Assembly: GCF_018350175.1 (NCBI RefSeq)
Contig: NC_058373.1
Coordinates: 103,728,001 to 103,792,000 of the forward strand
Direction of reading: 5' to 3'
DNA length: 64,000 bases
Source: Felis catus
Lineage: Eukaryota
This document shows positions 11,877 through 24,240 of the stretch, piece by piece. The first letter of the stretch is position 1. Every line of letters begins with the position of its first letter. The notes beneath the pieces were generated by a model. That model saw nothing but the letters and a program-made list of their open reading frames with translations. It searched no databases and was not told the origin of the DNA. Made by a program: the position numbers and the translations under genes.

Positions 11877-12639
11877 AAGATGAGTATTTTAATAGTAACA
11901 AGAGTATTCTGCTTAAAGCCATTTGGAGTTGATGGCAGAAAAGGAGCTGGAAGCCCAGCTTGCTGATTCTCCCACCTGCCTCTCTCCTTCCCACTGTCCT
12001 GCTCTGTGTGTGACAGAGCCATTAAGCTTGATGGGGTTATTCCAGTCAGGGGCCAGGAACACTGGGGTCAAAGAAGAGAGCATCATATTAGAAATCTAAG
12101 CTGCCTGGAGATTTTCTTCAATCAGCAGCTGCAGGGCACTGTGGTCTTCTTACCACCCAGGTAGGATTGAAAGTCTCTAAAAGGGATGCTCTGTCCCCCT
12201 ACCCCGCCTTGCCCCAACCCTTCCAATGGATGACAGCTGGCTCATGGTAGGTCCTCAACAAATGGTGGTTGGTGATGTATTATTGTTCCTCAAGTATCCG
12301 GGCAAATCCAAGTGCAGAATGAGGAGCATGTATATCGGTTGCCCCCAAGCCCTCAGTCACTGGGCCTCAAGGAAAACCCAGGGCAACGGTACTTATTTTT
12401 TAAACCATGTAGCCTTTCAGAATAAAAAAAAAAAAAAAAGCTATGGGGGTCCTCTTCAAAAAGGTACACAAACATACAAATTTTATATAACATTTCAGGG
12501 AAATAGTGATCCGACGGAAGCTCATCATTCCTAACCCCTCGCTAAGAAACTCTGCCCCACAGTGGGTGACCCTGTGCAGTTGGGCCTGGGAGACAGTGCA
12601 AAGTGCCAGCACTGGGGGGCATATGGCTGTATACACAGT

Positions 12640-12815
12640 GTCCGCTTACTGGCCATGTGGCCTTGGACAAATTACATATCCTCTCTCCTCCCGTTGTTCT
12701 TAGAGGTAAAATGGAGGTAGGTAACCCCATTTACCCACAGGACTTTGAAGAGATTAAAAATGAGACACTGTTGGTTTTTTTTAATGCCTGGCACATTATA
12801 GATGCTCAATAAAGG
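12640..12815 (+). mobile_element. MIR remnant
   Basis: gcttactggccatgtggccttggacaaattac...gcctggcacattatagatgctcaataaa. Confidence 0.65.
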
Positions 12816-14620
12816 TTATTTCCATCTCCCCGAGCATAAAGGACTAGAATTCTAGCTAACTGATTATTAGGCCAAGAGATGTGAACAGTCAAGATATTTG
12901 ACCTGTCAGAAGTCTAATCAAATCAGAGGACGTGTACCACAGCCCGAAGGTCAAGCCCTTCGGACTTTGTCAGCCTGGGGTGGGATGATCTGCTTTCAGA
13001 GGCTGACTTTTTTTTTTTTTTTTTTTTAATTGCAGGACAGAGAGATGATGTGGCACATTTGAATTGCAATTGAATGTAAACAGAGCTCTCGTGAATCACT
13101 GGAGAATATAGCCGGGTGCCTGGTGGATGCATGAATCCTATTTTTATATTACACTGTGGTCCTGTTCTCCAATACCACACTCCAAACAAGGAAATTAAAT
13201 TAAGCATTGCTTAAAATGCCTCAGACAATAATATAAATTTGTATTAAATGAATTTAGCGTCATTTTCTTGTTTGGAGTGGAAGGTGGGAAAACACTGGAG
13301 TGGTGGCGAGAGTAAATAGCTAACTCGATTAATCCTATTGAAGGGGAGGATGGAGCCACACGAGTGACTTTTGTGTGTGTTTGGTTAATATTTTACTGAA
13401 AATTGCTATTAGCTCTAACTGATCCGAATCAAAATCCACTGTGTAATATGGCCAACAACTTAATAGCTGAAGTACAGGACGGTGGGCTCGACATGATACC
13501 ATGCTATATAGGGAAAAAGAAAGAAAAACAGAAAAATGAAGGGGGAGGGGGGTGAACTGGAGTTTGAGATTTAAAATCCAGTGAAGGGAAAATTCAAACC
13601 AAGTAGGGAGATGGGATGCTTGGGGGGGGAAGGAAGGTCGAGACCCAAGGAGGACGGAGGCTAGTCCCAGGGCCTGGTTCTACTGGAAATCTGCTTTTTG
13701 TAATTCACAGAGGACAAGGAGAGCGTTTGGAGATGGGGTAGAGAATCTCAAAGGGAAATCCCAACCCTACCCCCTAAGAGTTCCGTGATAACTCTCATCT
13801 TCCTTAGGATCCAGCAAAGCTGGAGAGAGGTTAGGGGACAGTCCCCATGCTGGCCCCAGCCATCATCGGGGTAAGGGTCATCGGGAGGTCTTTTATTCCT
13901 TAACTTGAGGAGGGAGGGTTATTTTTTATTTCCTTTCATAGGGGTATGGCAGGGGAGAACCAAGAGTAGGGGTTCAGTGGAGGGTGCCTTGTTGAGCTCT
14001 TGCCTCAGGGTTCATGTCACCCTGTCCTCTCCCCAGGGTGGGGCCTGGAGCTTGGGGTTCTCCCTTTCTTGAGTTAGTACACCTGGGAAAACATGGGGCT
14101 CTCTACACACCATCGTCTTACCCTCTGGTACCCAGGATTCAAATGTGGCAGCTTGCAGTTAGAACCCTGACTTTGCACTTGCTTGCTGTGAACAGAAAGT
14201 TAACATTCAGAAAGTTAGGGCTGTTGTGAAGGATTAGAAATGTTCAGCACTTTATTTTCCAGAGTGGAAAGTAGAAGTCTACCTTCACTGTTACTATTGC
14301 TTCCAGAGATTTCTCCGATTCCCTTCCAAGAAATGTGAGCCTAAACCGGAAGAACTGACCACAATTCAGATTTTGCGTCTCGCATCTTCCACAAAGGGTT
14401 TCAGGTGACTTACAGCGTGCAACATCATATCAAACGGAACAATTAAAGATAGAAACAGAACGGAGACCATCTGGGGAAGCAGGGAAATGGGTCTTCCAGG
14501 AACTCTGTTAAGAGGAGTTAATTAGTGTTGCCGAAAATTGATTTGGGCTTTAAGTCTCTAGGCAACGAAAACAAAGAGGAAAGTATGTTGGGTTCCATGA
14601 ATGTCCTTCCTCACGGAACC

Positions 14621-14642
14621 CGTGCACGTGCACACAACACAC

Positions 14643-14674
<32 letters not shown>
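14621..14674. repeat. (CA)n microsatellite with alternating purine-pyrimidine flank
   Basis: Read directly from the sequence. Confidence 0.9.
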
Positions 14675-14676
<2 letters not shown>

Positions 14677-15889
14677 TGACTAAAGAGAAATTCTTTCCTA
14701 GGAACTAATTTCCAGCAGAAATGTATGATGTGATTTCATGAATGTAGTATATTGGGTAACAGGATAATGCTCTCCACTATGGCTTTACATATTCAAAGAG
14801 AACTGTTCCACCCACCCTCTTCACTGTAAGGTCATAATCCCAGAGTTTAATTGTGGCTTTGGAGAAGGGGAGTAGGGGCTGCGAGAACGTAGTGCTAAAT
14901 ATTTTACTTTCTCCTGGTTTACTTAATATAGTGAGAGAACTTGGAGGATCTGGGAGAATGAATAATGAACGTGTGCTTTTGCGATCCCACTAAGATTCTC
15001 CGGCTGGTATTGAATCACCATCAGTTCACGACAAAAATCCCCGATAAGTGTCAATCGTGACAATATTTGGTTAAACTGAGAACCATTCATTTTATCCATC
15101 AGATACGAGGGCAGAAAGGAAGAGACCACCGATCCAGCTTTGCTTTACTTATTTATATTAAATGTATTAAATATATTAAAGATGTTAGCACATCAATACA
15201 ATGTGAATAAAGGAACAAAAATGGGAGCAAAAGGGAAAACACAAGCCCAATTTTTCATCTTAACAAGCTCAACAAATACTACCTATCATGAGACAGTAGC
15301 CATTCCTCATAAAACTAAAAGGCAAAGTGTCAAAATGGACCTCATCAACTAATTTAATATTGGCCACTAAGGTAACATCAGTCAAAGTTGCTCATGGACC
15401 TATTCCAACAAATGATCTCCATGATTTTGACATAGAAACATAAGCCTTAGTCTTCTAGACAAATTTCAAAGCTCTCTCCCCTGGAGCGGCTGACATTCTC
15501 AAAGGACAGACAGACAATAACAATACATTTGACAAGTAACATATGTAAAACATTAGCAGGTGATAAATGTGGAAGGGTGGAAAATAGGAGGTGGGGACAC
15601 AGTGTAAGGAGATAGGGCAGGATATAATTTTAAACAGAGTGGGTAGGGTAAACTTTGTTGAGAAGGTAACATCTGAGAAAAGGATCTGGGGATTGAGGAG
15701 CAGGTGAAAAAGGTGCGAAGGGCTGTCAGATGAATTCGATGTTTACAATGCGTTTGACCTCAAATTCAACAAGTCCTAATCCAAACCCCCAGTTTCCCTG
15801 CCCGCTTCCTGCAGCAGGCTCTCTACTACTGTTTAGATCTCACTGAATGATGTTTCCATTCATACATGGAGCCACTGAGACACGGAGGG

Positions 15890-16060
15890 CACTCAAGCAC
15901 AGTGGTCAAGAGGAAGGGCTTGGGCCCCAAGCACCTGGCGTGTGCCTCAATTTTCCCATATACACATTGGAGATAATACATTTACTACACAGGGCTACAG
16001 TGTACATTAGATGAATTAGTTCTTAGAAGGGTGCCAGGACATAAAAGTGTTCAATGAAAA
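15890..16060 (+). mobile_element. MIR remnant
   Basis: agcacagtggtcaagag...tgtgcctcaattttcccata...gtgccaggacataaaagtgttcaat. Confidence 0.6.
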
Positions 16061-16073
16061 ATGGTTCTTCCCA

Positions 16074-16272
16074 GCGCACCTGGATGGCTCAGTCCGGTTA
16101 AGCATCCGACTTTGGCTCAGGATATGATCTTGAGGTTTGTTGACTTTGATCCCTGCACAGGGCTCTCTGCTGTCAGCATGAGGCTCGCTTCAGATCCTCT
16201 GTCCTCCCCTCTCTCTGCCCCTCTCCCGTGCACACGCTCTCCCTCAAAAATGAATAAGCCTTTTTTTTAAAG
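16074..16272 (+). mobile_element. CAN-SINE, first of a tandem pair
   Basis: Canonical body flanked by aaatggttcttcc. Confidence 0.94.
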
Positions 16273-16287
16273 AAATGGTTCTTCCTA

Positions 16288-16510
16288 GGGGCACCTGGGT
16301 GGCTCAGTAGGTTAAGTGTCCGACTCTTGGTTTCGGTTCAGGTCATGACATCACAGTTTATGAGTCTGAGCCCCACATTGGGCTCTGTGCTGATGGCGCA
16401 AAGCCTGCTTGGGATTCTGTCTCTCCCTCTCTCTGCCCCCCAACTGCTTGTGCTCTCTTTATCTCAAAATAAATAAACTTAAAAAAACAAAAAGTCTTCC
16501 TTTAAAAAAA
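16288..16510 (+). mobile_element. CAN-SINE, second of a tandem pair
   Basis: Canonical body flanked by aaatggttctt. Confidence 0.95.
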
Positions 16511-16519
16511 AATGGTTCT

Positions 16520-16980
16520 TGCCACTCCCCATAAACAATCAATCCCCAAAAGCTTTTGCATCTCACTTCCAAACGTCTGCCAAATACACTCACTTCTCTC
16601 CTTTAACCACACTGTCCTAGTCCAAGGTACCATTATCTCCCCCAGCTGAAAATCCTTTAGTAGTTTCTCTTGCCCTTTCCAGAACACAAACTCTGACACA
16701 GTTTGCATGGTCCTGCTGACCACTGCAACCTCAACTCACGCCAGGCTCCGGTTACTCTCTGGTCATCCCGTTCCTCACACCCAGTTTCTCCCTCCAACCA
16801 CGGAGCCTTTGCAGGCAGCACTCCTCACTGCTCCTTCACCTAAGTACTACCGTCCTTCAGGTCTTAGCTAAAACATCTCTTCCTCCAGGAAGTCTTCCCT
16901 GACCTCCTAGACCAAGTCGAATCGCATCTCCTGCAGACCATCCTAGAACTGTGTGCCCTTCTTTGGAACGTTTGCAAACG
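16520..16980 (+). mobile_element. L2 LINE remnant
   Basis: accactgtcctagtccaaggtaccattatctc...tcttcctccaggaagtcttccctgacc. Confidence 0.65.
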
Positions 16981-17131
16981 ACATATTAAGGGGATAAATC
17001 AGGGGTGTACAAACCAGGGGTCAGGACTTGCAAAATTCTACAAATAACGTCAGGCAGGGCTCTATGGGGGAAAGGAGTTTTGAGGCAGGTTTTAAAGGAG
17101 GAATGGCCGAAAGGAGAGAGGGGGCACATTC

Positions 17132-17353
17132 TTTTTTTTTTTTTTTTTTTAATGTTTATTTATTTTTGAGACAGAGAGAGACACAGCATGAGCAGGGAAG
17201 GGGCAGAGAGACAAGGAGACACAGAATGTGAAGCAGGCTCCAGGCTCCGAGCTGTCATCACAGAGCCCGACGCGGGGCTCGAACTCACGAACCGTGAGAT
17301 CATGACCTGAGCCGAAGTCGGATGCTTAACCGACTGCACCACCCAGGCGCCCC
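17132..17353 (-). mobile_element. Feline CAN-SINE
   Basis: 18-bp perfect TSD gagagggggcacattctt. Confidence 0.98.
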
Positions 17354-17409
17354 GAGAGGGGGCACATTCTTATTCAGTCTTCTCACTCGGCTACTGTGAG
17401 GTATGCTAC

Positions 17410-17640
17410 AGGCCGGGTCACCACCTCTGGAGCCACATTGCTGGATTCAAACCTGACTCGACCGCTTACCGGCTGTGTGAACTTGGACCAGTTATTTTTC
17501 CTCTCTCTCGATTTCCTCACCTGCAAACTGAAGAGATTAACAGTTCCTATCTCAAAGGGATACTGTGAAGATTAAACCAGTCCATACACGGAAAGTGCTT
17601 ACTACATGGTCCCCCCATATAGTACTAACACTGTGTCTGC
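17410..17640 (+). mobile_element. MIR remnant
   Basis: ggattcaaacctgactcgaccgcttaccggctgtgtgaacttggacc...ttcctcacctgcaaa. Confidence 0.7.
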
Positions 17641-17720
17641 TGCCATTTTTGTGGCTGGTGTCCTACTATGATTATCGGTTGAAGGAAGGGCCAGGACAGT
17701 GGCAAAGAAGTGTTCATCAT

Positions 17721-17936
17721 GGGGCGCTTGGGTGGCTCAGTCGGTTAAGCGTCCGACTTCGGCTCAGGTCACGATCTCACGGTTCGTGCGTTCGAGCCCC
17801 GCATCGGGCTCTGTGCTGACAGCTCAGAGCCTGGAGCCTGTTTCGGATTCTGTGTCTCCCTCTCTCTCTGCCCCTCCCCTGCTCGCACTCTGTCTCAAAA
17901 ATAAATAAACATTAAAAAAAAATTTTTTTTTTTTTT
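17721..17936 (+). mobile_element. Feline CAN-SINE whose tail hosts the next SINE
   Basis: TSD aaagaag(t/g)gttcatca spans both elements. Confidence 0.97.
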
Positions 17937-18156
17937 GGGGGCGCCTGGGTGGCACAGTCGGCTAAGCGTCCGACTTCAGCCAGGTCACGATCTCACGGTC
18001 TGTGAGTTCGAGCCCTGTGTCAGGCTCTGGGCTCAGAGCCTGGCGCCTGTTTCCGATTCTGTGTCTCCCTCTCTCTCTGCCCCTCCCCCATTCATGCTCT
18101 GTCTCTCTCTGTCCCAAAAATAAATAAAAACGTTGGGAAAAAAAAAATTTTTTTTT
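17937..18156 (+). mobile_element. Feline CAN-SINE nested in the tail of the previous one
   Basis: Variant head gacttcagccaggtcacg; short internal deletion; flanked by A-run/T-run copies. Confidence 0.96.
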
Positions 18157-18350
18157 AAAAGAAGGGTTCATCAAATGCTGCAAATTTGTAGCATCTTGCC
18201 GCAGATCATAGGTTTTTTTTTTTTTTTACTGGGAAGCCCAGAAGCCCAGTAGAACAACGTGCTCAATCTGTTATTCAGTCACTATTATTTCAAGTAGACA
18301 ATTAGCCTGGCGTCAGTGGTCCTTAAATAGTTGTAGAATGCATGAGGGTT

Positions 18351-18382
<32 letters not shown>

Positions 18383-18384
18383 TA

Positions 18385-18580
18385 CCAGTTATTGATAAGA
18401 CATAATATTCTCAGCATTGAACCAGGTACTTCACAGTCCTGCTCATACTTAACCCTCACAATACTCCTATGAGGTTACCTACCATCATCGTCTTGGCTTT
18501 TCAGAGGAGGTTAAGAAGGCTAATTTACCCAAGGGCCCACAAGTGGCAGATCTAAATTTGAATACAAATGGCTGATTCCA
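18385..18580 (-). mobile_element. MIR remnant
   Basis: ttaaccctcacaatactcctatgagg...ttttcagaggagg...aatttacccaagggcccac. Confidence 0.6.
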
Positions 18581-18889
18581 GAATGATTGATCAGTGAATA
18601 AAGAGTTTGCGCATTATCAACAGAAAGAATCAGAAATAGCCAAAGGTGGGGAAATACAAAGGTATTACCTTGGTAAAAGAAAGGTCTTAGGGGGTAAGAT
18701 AATGAAGACAAAGAACTTATTTAGACGCAAATATGAGAATACAGGTACCCAGTGATAAGGGCCTGGAAGTCAGATAAAATAAGGTCTCCTGGGCTTTGCG
18801 GGGGAAGACCACACCTGGGTTTCTCAAGTGTTCTTTACCTGAGGGCATGGTGCAGGGAACTGCCTCTTGCACTGAAATTTGTTTTAATT

Positions 18890-19045
18890 TTTGGAGACTG
18901 CTGTGAGAATCTGATGGAAACTATGATCCTTCTCTTGAGAAACACACATATACATGTGCAGGCATGCACAAGGGTTAACATTCCTAGGAGTCCCTGAGCC
19001 TTCTGAAGCCCACCATGGGCCCAGATTAAGAGTACTCCTGGTCTA
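18890..19045. mobile_element. hAT-Charlie MITE fragment (MER103-like); a related fragment lies at about 12440-12555
   Basis: tgagaatctgatggaaactatgatccttctc...ctgaagcccaccatgggcccagattaaga. Confidence 0.5.
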
Positions 19046-19239
19046 AATTCAAACTTTGGCAACCTCCAGATGTCACCAAGCTCACTAGTTAATGTCCGAG
19101 TAAAGTATTGCCAAGAGGCACCAACCTACCAATGCAGAGTCACTGACAGCCAGACCTCACTGCATCTCAACAAGCCCCACCCACCCAGTGGGCCAGAGTT
19201 CCCATTTTCTCCAGGCTGGTTAGAATGTGTTGTCCTTAA

Positions 19240-19437
19240 GGGGTGCCTGAGTGGTTCAGTTGGTTAAGGGTCTGACTTCGGCTCAGGTCATGATCTCACG
19301 ATTTGTGGGTTTGAGCCCAGCATCAGACTCTGTGCTGACAGCCCAGAGTCTGGAGCCTGCTTTGGATTCTGTCTCTCCCGCTCTCTCTGTCTCTCCCCTG
19401 CTCATACTCTGTCTGTCTCCCTCAAGAATAAATAAAC

Positions 19438-19467
<30 letters not shown>
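19240..19467 (+). mobile_element. Feline CAN-SINE with long pure poly-A
   Basis: 19-bp perfect TSD agaatgtgttgtccttaag. Confidence 0.98.
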
Positions 19468-19469
<2 letters not shown>

Positions 19470-19669
19470 AATGTGTTGTCCTTAAGCTCTAGGCTTTCAT
19501 GAGATTGAGAGAACTCAGTGGAAGGCCCTGAAGATCGGGAACAAAAAGGAAAGTCACCTCATGGAAAGTGTTCTCTGGTGGTAAGATGGTGATTTTTGTG
19601 ACTTTGCAAGGTTCATGATTGATTTGGCATTTTAAAAAAGAATATCTTTCATTTTTAAAGATTTTATTT

Positions 19670-19741
19670 CTTTAATCTTTCTTTTTAGTTAAAAAAAATT
19701 TTTTTTTATTTTAGAGAGAGAGAGTCAGGGAGAGGGACAGA

Positions 19742-19787
<46 letters not shown>

Positions 19788-19902
19788 GGCTCCACATTCA
19801 GCACGGAGCCCAACTCAGAGCTTGATCTCATGACACTGGGATCACGACCTGAGCCAAAATCAAGAGTTGGACACTTAACCGACTGAGGGACCCAGGTGCC
19901 CC
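19670..19902 (-). mobile_element. CAN-SINE inserted in the tail of a short tRNA-like SINE
   Basis: TSD ttaaagattttattt; (GA)n tract. Confidence 0.95.
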
Positions 19903-20009
19903 TTAAAGATTTTATTTTTAAGTAATCTCTATCCCCAATGTGGGACTCGAACCCACAACCCCAAGATCAAGAGTCTCATGCTCCACTGACTGAGCCAGCC
20001 AGGCATGCC
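19903..20009 (-). mobile_element. Short tRNA(Lys)-like carnivore SINE
   Basis: Reverse of ctggctggctcagtcagtggagcatgagactcttgatc...ggttcgagtccc...gattacttaaaaataaaatc. Confidence 0.85.
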
Positions 20010-22648
20010 ACCCCGCCTCCAAAAAATATCATTTAAGTGATCTGTATGGCCAGCACCAAGAAAAATAGCTGAGTTGATACTTCTCAGCTTATTGGTGATA
20101 CCTTCAACCTAGTTACAATCATAGGGAAACTTTAAAACAACTCCAGAAAATAGGAATGCATAGAATTACCCAATATTCAATAAACATCTATGCAGAGGAA
20201 GATTAGTGAGAAATGCTGGGTGAAAAAAAAATTCGAATCCATCTTCTACAGTCTCAGCTACTGCGAGGAATTGCCCATACTAAATATTTCACTCACTCAA
20301 GTTCGCTTTGTTCAACTTATATGAAAGGAGAGATATTCAGTCTAACAAACTGAGCGTAAGCCGTGTTTCCAAACATGTATTCACCTGATATTGAGGATCA
20401 TATTTCTCCCAGCCAGCTGTTCAGAGACATTTTGGGTTCCTCCTTAAACGATACAATAAGTCATCAATACTTAGGGATAAAACATTCGGTTTTTTTACAC
20501 ACCAATATAATATCCCTTCCTACAGATATGAAAAGAAGTGAAGTCTATTTCAACCGGGAAAGCAGAAAGCCTGTACCTGAGGAAAGAGTTTCTCTTTTAC
20601 AGCAGAATTAATTTTATTGTCAACAACCGGAAGAGCCTATGAGTTTTACTGCCTTTTTTTTTTTTTAACATTCCAGTATAACTGGTTAGATGGCAGGAAA
20701 TGGGAAATGTGAGCAATTAAGTGGCTACATGACTCCCCAAACTTGATTGACTGTTTTTCCCCTGAAGTTGCTGGTCAGTTCACCACATCAAAAATGCTGA
20801 AATGCTGCAGGTGTAGTATGCATTGGGCAGGTCTGTTTAGGGGAGAAGGATTGCTTGGCTCTCTCCTTCCTCCTGGTCATGCTCTGGTCATCTTTATGTT
20901 GCTGAGTTTGGACAACTGAGAATTTGCCTCCCAATGTTCCCCAGGACTCCTGGCATCCCCTATCAGCCAGAGTTCCCAAAGTGGGAGAGAAAAGGATTCC
21001 CGGGGAAATTCGAAGGTAGAAGGTGAATTGCAAAGACGGGCCACTCCGCCGGGCACACCACACGTCCCCTAGTGTTCGGGAGAAGCAGAGGGTGTGCAGA
21101 GAATAGGCTAGAACTTCATGCTCCTCTGGTGGACAATGGCTGAAATCGATGTTTTGTTCTTTCTAGCTAACAGTGGCTTTTATTGGACACCTACCCCCAG
21201 GTGAGCTTTTGGTTTCTGGTCCCTGGATGATAACCTTAAAAAAAAAACCTCAGCCTCAAAAATGTGATTCCCTGGGAGACCAGTGTCCAGGAATCTGGGT
21301 AGCAACAGGGACACCATTTCAAAAAGCCCTAAGCGGAGAGGGGACCGTTTATCTCGACCCACTTCGATGAAAATGGCCATGTTTTATATTGCCACGAAAT
21401 AACAATCAGAAGCGGGGGGAAGGCACACAATTTTCCCTGCCCAGTTGTCCCAAATGGCAGCCCTGCAGAAACCAATTATGCTAATAATATTTTCATACTA
21501 AAAAGGAAATGTGCGCTTGCTGGTTATTTTGTTTTGAACGGATGTCATTTTTTTCCATTGGGGAAAATTTAAACGCAATTTTGTTGTTTCCCTTGCCTCA
21601 AAAATGCATCTCAAACGGCAATAAACCTCAGTTACAAGAATCTTCTAGTGAATTTTGAAGACTAAAGTGTAGGTAACAGTTTTTGCCCCAAGCTGCTTTC
21701 AGCCTCTAGCAGGGTTAGCCTAAGTGCCAGGAATTCAGCCGCCCACCTAGTCCTGCCTGACTCCCTAGTCCTTTCTCAACTGTATCCAAACTCGCAGACC
21801 AAATGCTGCTCGTGCGTCGCTCAGCATCGCGTCCCACACGGGATCTTCCTGTGCGACTGTCCACGCTGAAGCTGGTTCCGGCTCAGACACGACAGGGAGG
21901 CAGCTTTCTCCCCTGTCCGGGCCACACCATTTTAAAAACAAAGCAAGCCACCCCAAGCCCAACACAAAACAATCTCTGTGCTCTCCCCACTTTCGGCCCA
22001 TTCCCATCCCTGCAGGAGTGACGTGAGCAAAAGCCCTTCCTTCTTCAGAGTGATTTCCAGTAACCTCCAGAGCCGTTTTTCTAATTAAATAAACCTCATC
22101 TTGTCTAGCTTCCTGGTCAGCATTTTGAACCCCCTACAGATGGGTCTGAAGGATTAACGGCAAATCCTCCTCGACCTAGCTCTGGCAGATGGGCGGCATG
22201 TGTCTGATAAATACTCGGACCAGGCTTGCTTCCTCCTGTTCCTAACAGATAGACAGAACACCCAGCAAATTAATTTTAAAATGGTGCCCCTCACAACCCT
22301 TCGAATGGCAAAGGAGGACAAACACAAATGATATGAATTTCATATGTGGAGCACATTATCACCTCCCAATAACTGAGAAAAATATCAACCTGTTGGGTAA
22401 ACAGGACCTCAGGGGAAGGCTGGGTCAGCGAGCTCACCCTCACTCAACCCGGAGAGCAGACCCCCCGCTCACACTCTACACACTCACCTCCGGGTCGCAC
22501 GTTCATTTACGTGTAGCCCTTTCCTGCTGTGAAAATGCCTTTCTGTTCTTGCATTTCCTTTGTGGTAATCCGGGTGCCTTCGGAATTTAGTGTATATGTG
22601 CCAGAAGATGGAACCTGCGTGGTGTTCACGTTTTCAGAAAGAAGCAAC

Positions 22649-22840
22649 CAGAAATAGGTGATGGGGATTGAAGGAGGGCACTTGTGATGGGGTAACATAC
22701 GGAAGGGTTAAATCACTGCATGATTCACCTGGAACTACTATAACGCTGTATGGTAACTATACTAGAATTAAAATAAAATAAAATAAAATAAAATAAAATA
22801 AAATAAAATAATAAAATTTCAAAAAGAAACTTAAAAAAAA
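22649..22840 (+). mobile_element. 5'-truncated carnivore L1 3' end with (TAAAA)n tail
   Basis: ataggtgatggggattgaaggagggcacttgtgatg...ctgtatggtaactatact; TSD aaagaagcaac 22638-22648 / 22841-22851. Confidence 0.85.
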
Positions 22841-23236
22841 AAAGAAGCAACGGTGGACATAACCAGGCAAGACAAAAATATCTTCCTCGATTGTCGGAGA
22901 TGTTTACATTTGAGGATCGATGACTATGTCAGTCTTTTCCAACTTGGAAAGGCAAAGCAACCCTAAGGTCTGGGGGAAGGGTGTAATACAAATGACTTCA
23001 GTGAAAGTATTCTTCCAGCGAAACCCTGTTCTGGAAGCTGTGCAAATAGCTGGCAAAGCTCAGCACTGCCAGCTGGAGGTGTGTGCCCTCTCCCGTGCAC
23101 GTGCTGCGGAACCCAGGGCCTCTGACCTCATCTGTAACGTTGAAGAAATACTGTTTTCACTCTTCCCCACTCCCCAGAGAAGCCCAAGCTTCTCGAGTAT
23201 CTCGCAGGATCCTTTAGCATTCAGAACTGTGATTGA

Positions 23237-23454
23237 GGGGCGCCTGGGTGGCTCGCTCAGTTAAGTGCCTTCCGCTCAGGTCATGATCTCACAGTTCCTG
23301 GGTTCGAGCCCTGCGTCGGGCTCTGTGCTGACAGCTCAGAGCCTGGAGCCTGCTTCGGATTCTGTGTCTCCCTCTCTCTCTCTGCGCCTCCCCTGATCTT
23401 GCTCTCTCTCTCTCAAAAATAAATAAAACGTTAAAAAAAAAATTTTTTTTTTAA
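23237..23454 (+). mobile_element. Feline CAN-SINE
   Basis: Canonical structure; TSD a(a/g)ctgtgatt. Confidence 0.96.
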
Positions 23455-24059
23455 GCTGTGATTTATAATCTTAGAAAATGGACAAGGCAGGTAGGGGAGG
23501 TGTTTCTATCCCCATTCTACAAATATGGGGAAACACATAACGGTTGAGAGGACATACAGTTGTTTAGTAAATGGTGAGTGAAAGGGTGATGGGTAGAAAG
23601 ACTGGAATTCAGCCACAGGAATAAATGTGCTGAGGACATGCTGCTACTTTCTGGAAAAGATGGGAGTGGGACCTAGGTTTCTAGACCGTGTATCACTCCT
23701 CTATGGAGAGACGTTACTTTGCGGAGAGAACTCCTTGAATCCCCCCAGGTGATACAGGTGGCTGATTGCCGATGACGGTTCCAGGGTGGGAGAAAACTGG
23801 TCCCCAGCAACCAGGGTGACTAAGCAGAGGTAATGTGCTTCGAGCTCCAAGGATGATTCAAACCAAGACTCTAGGTTTCTCGGCTCTTGCTTACGTGTCA
23901 CCGGACTCTGTGACCTTATTAGCTTTATTTTTCCTCGTAGCTAAGGTGAACAGATGTCCACGTTTGCTCAAGACAGTCCTACTTGATGATCGTCCGAAAG
24001 TAACTATAAAAACTCCTTTCACACTCAAAAGGAAAAGGATTTGGAAAATAAAAACTACG

Positions 24060-24240
24060 CGGCAAATCATCACCTGGCATATCTTTTGTGTTTGTTTATC
24101 GTTTATCTCACCCACTAGAATGTCAGCTCCATGACAGCAGGAAGCTTGTGTGTTTTGTTCGGTGCTATATTGTTAGTATCTTAACTGGTGCTGACACATA
24201 GTTGATACTAATAAACATTTATTGAATTAACTAATTAATA
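24060..24240 (+). mobile_element. L2 3' end
   Basis: ccactagaatgtcagctccatgacagcagg...gtgctgacacatagttgatactaataaacatttattgaat. Confidence 0.75.

Noticed and set aside
12607..12622. CTCF-like motifs (gcactggggggcat here; also about 21063-21082)
   Set aside because: Each has two or more mismatches at core positions and cannot be supported without ChIP data.
13160..13190. Minus-strand TGGAGTGTG resembling the start of miR-122
   Set aside because: Only the first 9 nt match; the rest of the mature sequence and its precursor are absent.
22489..22615. Possible minus-strand exon ending GAG|GTGAGT with one open frame
   Set aside because: The acceptor lacks a pyrimidine tract and abuts an L1 insertion; the peptide is not recognised.
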